From the human T2T-CHM13v2.0 reference genome, Homo sapiens, in NCBI RefSeq assembly GCF_009914755.1, contig NC_060946.1: a DNA stretch of 64,000 nucleotides. One strand, written 5' to 3'. The translations under genes and the position numbers were made by a program. The notes under the pieces were generated by a model. It searched no databases. It was not told the origin of the DNA and saw only the letters and a list, made by a program, of their open reading frames with translations. This document shows positions 51,593 through 64,000 of this stretch, one piece after another. Each line of letters starts with the position of its first letter. Within the stretch, counting starts at the first letter, position 1.

Positions 51593-52234
<642 letters not shown>

Positions 52235-52466
52235 CTACCGCCCAGCCAGGTCAGACAGCACCCGACCTTGCCTGGCCCAGCCTGGTCCCTATCCACCCAC
52301 TGAGGCTCAAACATACTCACTGAGAGGCCCAGGATAAGCTACCAAGGTTGGGCCTCAGTTTCCCACCAGGAAAAGAGGTGATGGAGCCACCTTACTGGAT
52401 AAGTGGGCAGTCCCTGGGCCACCCGCCCCTGGCCCTTTCCCACCCAGGCGGCCCAGCAGCCCCTAC

Positions 52467-52717
<251 letters not shown>

Positions 52718-52899
52718 TCAGAAGGCCCTTGACTGTGACTCTGACCGCAACCCTCTGGCACCCACAACCTTCCGTGGCTCCCCAGGACCCAAGGGCAGGC
52801 CCAGGACCTTGCATGACCAGTCTGACTCCCTGTCTCTGTCGCGTTCCAGCAACTCTGAATGTCTGTCTGCCTGGTCCTCAGCCTCCAGACCCTTGCCAC

Positions 52900-53530
52900 A
52901 TTCAATCACTCATTCTTTCATGCAAAAAATATTTCTAGAATTTGCACTGCATGCCTGGCACTGGGGAATCAACAGGGAACAGACACTTAAGTCCTGCCCT
53001 CATGCCAAGAAAAACAAACACACACAGGGAAAGTGCTGAAACCACAGGCCAGGTAAGGGGAATCAAGAGGCATGAGGTATGGGCAGAGTGGTCAGGGAGG
53101 GCTTCTCAGAGGAGGCAACGTGTGAAAAGAGCCTGGAATGCAGCCTAAATGGTCAGTGCAAAGGCCCTGAGGCAGGTGGCATAGGCTGGTGAGCGATAGG
53201 CAGAGAGTGAATGGAGTAGGGTGGGGAGAAGAGGATGAAGATGCAGGCTGGGGCCCATCCCACAGGACCTCCTAGGTCCCATAACAACTGGCTTTTGCTC
53301 TGTGCCATGCAGGCTTAGGGCAGAGGAATGAGGAGGCTGGGGAGTGTTTTCACAGGGTCCCTCTGGCAGCTATGACGGGGATAAGGATAAAGCCCAAAGG
53401 GGAGGCTGTGGGTATCAACCAGGCAAGAGATGATGGCCTGGGTGGGAGAAAGAGAAGAATCAAGCATGGTGCCGACTAGCGAGGCCGGCAGAAGGGGCCG
53501 GTTTGGGGATGGTCAGGAGCTTGATTTTGG
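52900..53530 (-). mobile_element. L2 fragment
   Basis: CATTCAATCACTCATTC...GGTCAGGGAGGGCTTCTCAGAGGAGG...GCAAAGGCCCTGAGGCAGG. Confidence 0.65.
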
Positions 53531-53774
53531 ATACTTCATCAGACCCAAAGAGCATGGGTGCACGTATAAAAAAAATAAATAAATAAGCATGGGTTCACGG
53601 GCAAGGGCGGGCTGAGAGATGAACATGGAGGTATTGACATTGAGTGGCTGCTGGATGCCATGAGCCTGGCCAAGGTCCCCAAGGCAGTGGCGAGGAGGAG
53701 ATGAGGAGGTCAAAGAGGAGACAGAGAGGATGGACCCGAAGGCCGAAGAAAATGCCTCAAGAGAGTTTCAACAC

Positions 53775-54927
<1,153 letters not shown>

Positions 54928-56167
54928 TCAGTAACCTACTGTGGAATCCCTCAGAAAAACACGAATCCCAATAGATGTGGGTGGAGACGGAGAGAGTTAG
55001 GAAATCCGGCAGAAATGTCCACACTGCAGAATCCAGGAAAAGGGAACATTGATGCTTGGGCAGTTTTGGGTTTTTTTTACATTTTTGTAGGTGCGAAAAT
55101 TTGCAAAATGAAAACTCGAGGAGAGTGTGGTGAGCTGTGTGAGATGCTGCTGAGTGGGGCCTGATGGGGAAACTGAGGCTGGACATGGCGATCTGGTGGC
55201 ATGGGGATAGAGCAGGGGAGGGGATACCCTGAAGGGAGAGAGGACATAGCCCAGCCATGTTTGCTCTAAGAGGAGCAAAGGACAGAAGGAGGCAGCAGAT
55301 AGAAGTTTCTAGAGCAACAACAGCTGCCTTTTTTTTGGGAATAATCCGTGATAAAGAAATAAATCATCAGAGGCAGACAGGAGCATTGTAGGAACAGCAC
55401 CCCGAGCCAGCGAGTAGATGAAGGAGCTGGCCTTAGCCAAAAAGGAGGGCAGAGGGACACGCTGCAGTGGCTCTGTCCCCTCAGAGAGACAAGACACCAG
55501 GTCACTGGCTGCAGCGGGAGTCAGAGGTGCAGAATGCTCACAGGGAAAGAGAAGACACCACCCGGGCAGCTGACGCCCCTCCTGGGAGGTCACTGGTCAG
55601 TGTGGGGGGGTCTGCAGATCCGCCCAGGAATGCCAAGGACCCAAGTAGGTAAGGAGGGATGTGAGGATCCTCAGCGGGAAGGGATATGACAGGGTCTTAT
55701 AGGGACCCAGCATGGAGCTGGGGCAACTACTGGGTGAGTGGGTCAGGTGGTGCAGGGCTGAGGGTGGCATCTGGGAAGCGTTAGTTTGGAGTGACAGGGA
55801 GTGGGTGGCCGAGGTCTCTGTTCACCTGGCCCTCTCCCTTTCACCCATCCATCTCACCATGCCCGAGGGCTGCAATGCCCCCATGCATTCCTCATCTCAG
55901 CACTGAGCACTCAAGAACCACAGCATGTGCAAAGGACCTGAGGTAGGAGGGTGGCCACTAATTCCCCACACTGTCAGTTCTGTGGGGCAGAAGCCAAGAC
56001 TGGGGGTCACCCACAAGTCCATCCGAGCACACAGTAGGCCCGCAATCAAATTCTGTGGCAGGAATGGATTCATAAAGCATATGTGAGGCTGTAGCCACCC
56101 TGGGGAGCCCACCTGATGCCTCTACGGCAGGCCCCACACCCACAGTGGGCCAGCCCCTGCCCCTTAC

Positions 56168-56304
56168 CTCAGTCACATCCACAAACTTGGGGTCCCCAAG
56201 CAGGGTCCTCTTGGCGTAGGCAAACCGGAAAGCCTCTACGATGCGGTGGTACGTCAGGCCCTTCTGCTCGGGGGTCTCCACGCTCTCCCGGGAGAAGTTG
56301 TACC
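56168..56304 (-). pseudogene. GGT exon (YNFSRES...FVDVTE)
   Basis: aaccag|GGTAC...TGAG|gtaagg. Confidence 0.92.
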
Positions 56305-56827
56305 CTGGTTGATCAGAGCCAGGTGCATGTTGCTGAGCCCCAGAGGCTCTGAGGGGCTCAGAGGGTTAACACCTGCCTGAGCCACTTTGCCCACCTCAAG
56401 GAGCGTTTAATAATCAATAGCAGCAGCTGCTTCAGAAGGCTGTGGTGAGAGTGAAGTAAGGTGAGGGCTCCCGAGCCTGGACCTCACGTCACGCATCAGC
56501 TCTGGCCATTCAATGACCAAGTGGCAGGGTCACCCACTGGACTGGGGTACCCTCTGGACCGGCCCTGCAGCCCTGAGCTCCTGCACCTCTCTCCCTCCTG
56601 ATGACTCCTGTTCCTCCTCCAACCCTTGAGCATTGCCCGCTTCAGCCCTGTTGCTCTGCACTGCCTCCTTCAGGACATGGTGAGCTGTGACGCAGGGACA
56701 CACCTCAGGAGCTCAGTGATGGAAAGACGTGGCATGGGGGGCGAGCAGAGATGCAGGAGGGGTGGGGCGTGGGGAGAGAGAGGCAGTGTCATGGGTCCTA
56801 CCACACGGCTGTGGTGCGACCACTCAC

Positions 56828-56977
56828 CTTTGAGGATGTTGAGGATGAGGGCCAGCACGGGCCCGCTGAGCCGCGCACTGGGCATGTACAGCACCGCGTC
56901 TCCCAGGCTGATGTTCAGCGGGTGCTCGATCAGCTCAGCACAGTAGTTGTTCAGGTCCTCAGCTGTCACAATGCCCC
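56828..56977 (-). pseudogene. GGT exon (GIVTAEDL...LNILKG)
   Basis: ttgcag|GGGGC...AAAG|gtgagt. Confidence 0.92.
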
Positions 56978-57319
56978 CTGCAATGGGACAGCAGCTCGAA
57001 TGGGCGCTGGGATGGGGCTGCACCACTGCGTGGAGGATGGAGCTGCACCAGTGGTGTTGGGGGCAGGCATGGCTGCACCATGGTGGTGGGGAAAAGCCTG
57101 TACCTACCAGGGAGGACAGAGTGCACTACTGGAGGGGTGGGACTGTGCCCTGGGAGGGGGCCACAGGCAACCTCACCTCCTTGGGAACCTCACCAGCTCC
57201 GGCACTCCTGTCTCCCTGACACTGCTCACCACCCGACAGCTGGGCTGGGGCCACCTGCCCTCTGCCTGCTTGGCTTACTGGCTTCCTGTCTGCCTTCTCT
57301 CATCTGTGGCCAGAGAGTG

Positions 57320-58393
<1,074 letters not shown>

Positions 58394-59026
58394 TGAATGG
58401 ATAGAGGGAGGGAGGGAGGCTCTTAATTCTCCTGGAGTCAGCTCCAGACAGGGTATTGGCATGCCAATTTCCAGCCTCAGTGGTAAAGGTCGACACGCTA
58501 ATCACCCTCCTCCATGAAACAGTGACAAAAATTACCTGAAGAAAGCCACAGCCAAGCTCCAGGCCCCTGCCCCACAAATCCCCTTCCCCATGCCTCTCTC
58601 AAGGCGACCCTCATCCCTTGTAACCCTCTTGGTGAATCAAAGCGCCCTCTACTGGGCCTTAGCCCAGCTGTTCCTCTGCTAGGAATCCCTTCCTCTCTCT
58701 GCCTAACGAAGTTATCTGCAGCCCAGCCGCCACCTCCTCCAAGAAGTCCTCCTGGATCTTCAGGCTGTATTCTAGTGCTTCCCTAGCCCTGGCTCTTGCC
58801 TACACCTGCATTTACCCCAACAGGGACTTGCTCTCCTGGACTGTGTGGCCTCTCTTGGTTTTGATATAAGCAGGAGCTGTGGACCCACATGGCCAGTCAC
58901 TGACCCTCCTCCACCAGGAACTTCCTGCAGGCTCAGGCAAGACAGGAGGACCCCATGGCTCTGGGCTACAGCTCAGGGTTTCCACTGCAGAGTTCCTCAC
59001 CCAGGTCCTTGAGGTTACCCACTCAC

Positions 59027-59184
59027 CAGCCGCCTGGATGTCCTTCACAATCTGGGCCATGAGGCTGCCGTTGTAGAAGGCCTGGGCACCCTCGATGGCC
59101 AGCATCTCGTAGGTGTCAGCCAGCCGCGGCAGGGTCAGTCTCTCCCCCTCCCGAAGCACCTTTCTATCCCGGCAGAACACCTCA
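59027..59184 (-). pseudogene. GGT exon (EVFCRDRK...DIQAAG)
   Basis: ccccag|TGAGG...GCTG|gtgagt. Confidence 0.92.
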
Positions 59185-59576
59185 CTGGGGCAGAGGGGGC
59201 TCATGTGAGGCAGCAGGTGGGGTGGACTCAGCTAGACCACCCCCCACACCTGCCCACACAGGAGAACGGAGCAGAACAGGGGCAGCGCCTGTCACAGGTG
59301 GGTGGCCCTGTCACTCAGCGCTCGTCCTCCTAGTGTCCCTTCCGGGAGCCTCCTAGTGTCCCTTGCCACTCAGGACACGTGGCCAGCCACAGTGGCCACT
59401 GGGACCCCACGCTCAGAATGTGTCCCCACACGTGGTGGGAAGGGTCTGTATCTCCTCATCCCATTATCAGCACAGGGTCCTGAAGGCAGAGGGCCGCTCC
59501 ACTGCTGCTACGGCCTGCAAGGTCCTTGGGCTGTGCCTGCCCTGCCTGTGTCAGGGGGCCGCACCCACAGACATAC

Positions 59577-59769
59577 CACAAGACAGGCTGCTGCTCGATG
59601 ACGGTCCGCTTGTTTTCCAGGACTGCCGCCAAGCCCTTGCCCACGGGGAAGCCCTGGCGGGCCAGCTGGATGCTGGGCTGGAAGAGGCGAGCCCAGGGCA
59701 GCCGCCCATGCCGCTGGTGTGCCAGCTCATAGCCTCGGATCTCCCCAGGCACCGCCACCGACAGCCCTC
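59577..59769 (-). pseudogene. GGT exon ([13 protein letters not shown]...QQPVLC)
   Basis: ccccag|GAGGG...TTGTG|gtatgt. Confidence 0.92.
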
Positions 59770-59892
59770 CTGGGGAGAGAGAGCCACAGTTAGTGACCCT
59801 GAGTGGGGGACATCGGGATCTCTCGCAGGCAGCATCCCAGGCACAGTCCCTGACTCGCTTTACAGATGGGGCAATGAGGCTTAGGAGGAAAG

Positions 59893-61794
<1,902 letters not shown>

Positions 61795-63241
61795 TAATCT
61801 TTGATAGCAGACCAGGGTGACGATGCTTAGCAACAGTATTTTGTATATTTCAAAGTAACGAAGAGAGCACTATGGTGCTAACACCCAGAAATGAAAAATA
61901 TTCAAGGTGACGGAGACTCCAAATACCCTGCCTTGATCATTATACACTCTATGCATGGAACAAGCACTCACATGTACCCATAAATATAGAAAATATCATG
62001 TATCAATATCAGAAAAAAATCTCCTCCTGACCTCAGCCCAATCAGGCTCTCATGCCACCACACTTGCCAAGTTCTCTGGTGACCCCCACACTGCCAGACC
62101 CAGTGCCCCCTCTCAGCTTTACTGGGCTCATCACTCTCCCTGAGAGCCGCCCCTGCATCCCAGCACCTGGCTCCACCCGAGTCTCCCCCGCCTGCCATCC
62201 TAGCTCCTACTCTCCCCTCTGTCTTTGCTCTCTCTCCTGGTGGTCTGCTTGACATCTGAGCTTCAGCCTCCATTTATGCACTGACAACTCTCAAATTGAC
62301 CTGCTGGCCTGGACTGCTCCTCCGATCACCAGACCTGAGGATCTACCTGCCTGCTTGAAGAAAGCATCTCAAACTTCAACGTGCCCAAAACCGAGCTCCT
62401 GAGTGTCTGCTCAACCTGCTTCCTGAGAACCCTGCCTGTCTCCATTAGGGTCACCCCATCCTTCCAGGTACAGACAAAAGATCAGGGGTCCCCGGGGACT
62501 CCCTACACAAGCGTCACACCCAACCCATCCTCAAATCCACAGGCTCCACTTCCAAGTGTGTCTGTGCAGCGTCAGCCACTTCCCAGCACCCTCTCCACGA
62601 ATTACTGCAGTGACCTCCGGACAGGTCCCCACATGCTCCCTGCCCCTTACACAGCAATCCAAGGGGTCCATAGACCAGATCCATCCCCTTCCAGTCACAC
62701 ACTCCACGAGCCCCCACTTCCCTCAGACAGGAAGCAGAGGCTTCACCATAACCTAAGAGATCCCGCACAACCTGGGCCATTCCCCTTGGATCACTTGCTG
62801 CAGCCTCCCCAGCTCCCCACAGGGCTCTGTCCCTGCCATCACACCTGGATAGCAGACCAGGAGATAACTCCCCTGACCCCATCTCTGCCTCTGGGTCTTT
62901 GCTCAGATGTCCCCTTCCCTGACTAGGTCACCCTCCATAGAGTCCCAGATTTTGAGGCCCTCCAGGTCTGTTTTTCTACAGCCCGTAACACACCCGCACT
63001 TGCCTAGTTTCTCCTCCCACCTGGAGTGTCACAGATTTCATCTGCCGTCTTTGTTTTTCACCCCAGCTTCAGGAACAACAGCTGATTCTTTAAGACAATG
63101 CTCAATACATTCTAGTCAAATAAATGGTTTTAAGCGTCCACAAGGTGCCAAGCCTATGATTCCCGCATTCTCTTACCCTCAGCAACTTCATGTCTACAGA
63201 TGCTGAGTTTCTCAGTGAGTATTAAAAACAAATGAAAGATT

Positions 63242-63950
<709 letters not shown>

Positions 63951-64000
63951 CTGTGAAAAAAAGGCCCAGCCTTTTTTTTTTTTTTTTTTTGACAGGGTCT

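Overview
Human genomic DNA, recognisable as a 22q11.2 low-copy repeat (LCR22) module in the order: AT-rich/PATRR-like block, FAM230 (+), FAM247-type chimera (-), GGT1-like pseudogene (-). The paralog is most likely FAM230E/FAM247C/GGT3P; this is from memory, and FAM230B/FAM247A/GGT2 is the alternative. Nine GGT exons map with canonical GT-AG sites and carry a 1-nt frameshift. Downstream of GGT lie a frameshifted GGT5 exon-1 copy and a USP18 last exon/3'UTR copy. The main finding is that the 'non-coding' FAM230 exons splice with fully compatible phases into one 454-465 codon ORF running into a 27-bp VNTR (ANEDAAQGI repeats). Its first exon is present in four tandem copies. Three start MGNLCGC (acylation-like); the fourth has lost that ATG and gained a new in-frame Kozak ATG giving a signal-peptide-like N-terminus. 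The gene is built from three copies of a two-exon module, and an in-frame C-terminal exon survives downstream. The rest is Alu, L1, L2, LTR5 and DNA-transposon sequence. All splice models are inferred by eye; no expression evidence is available.
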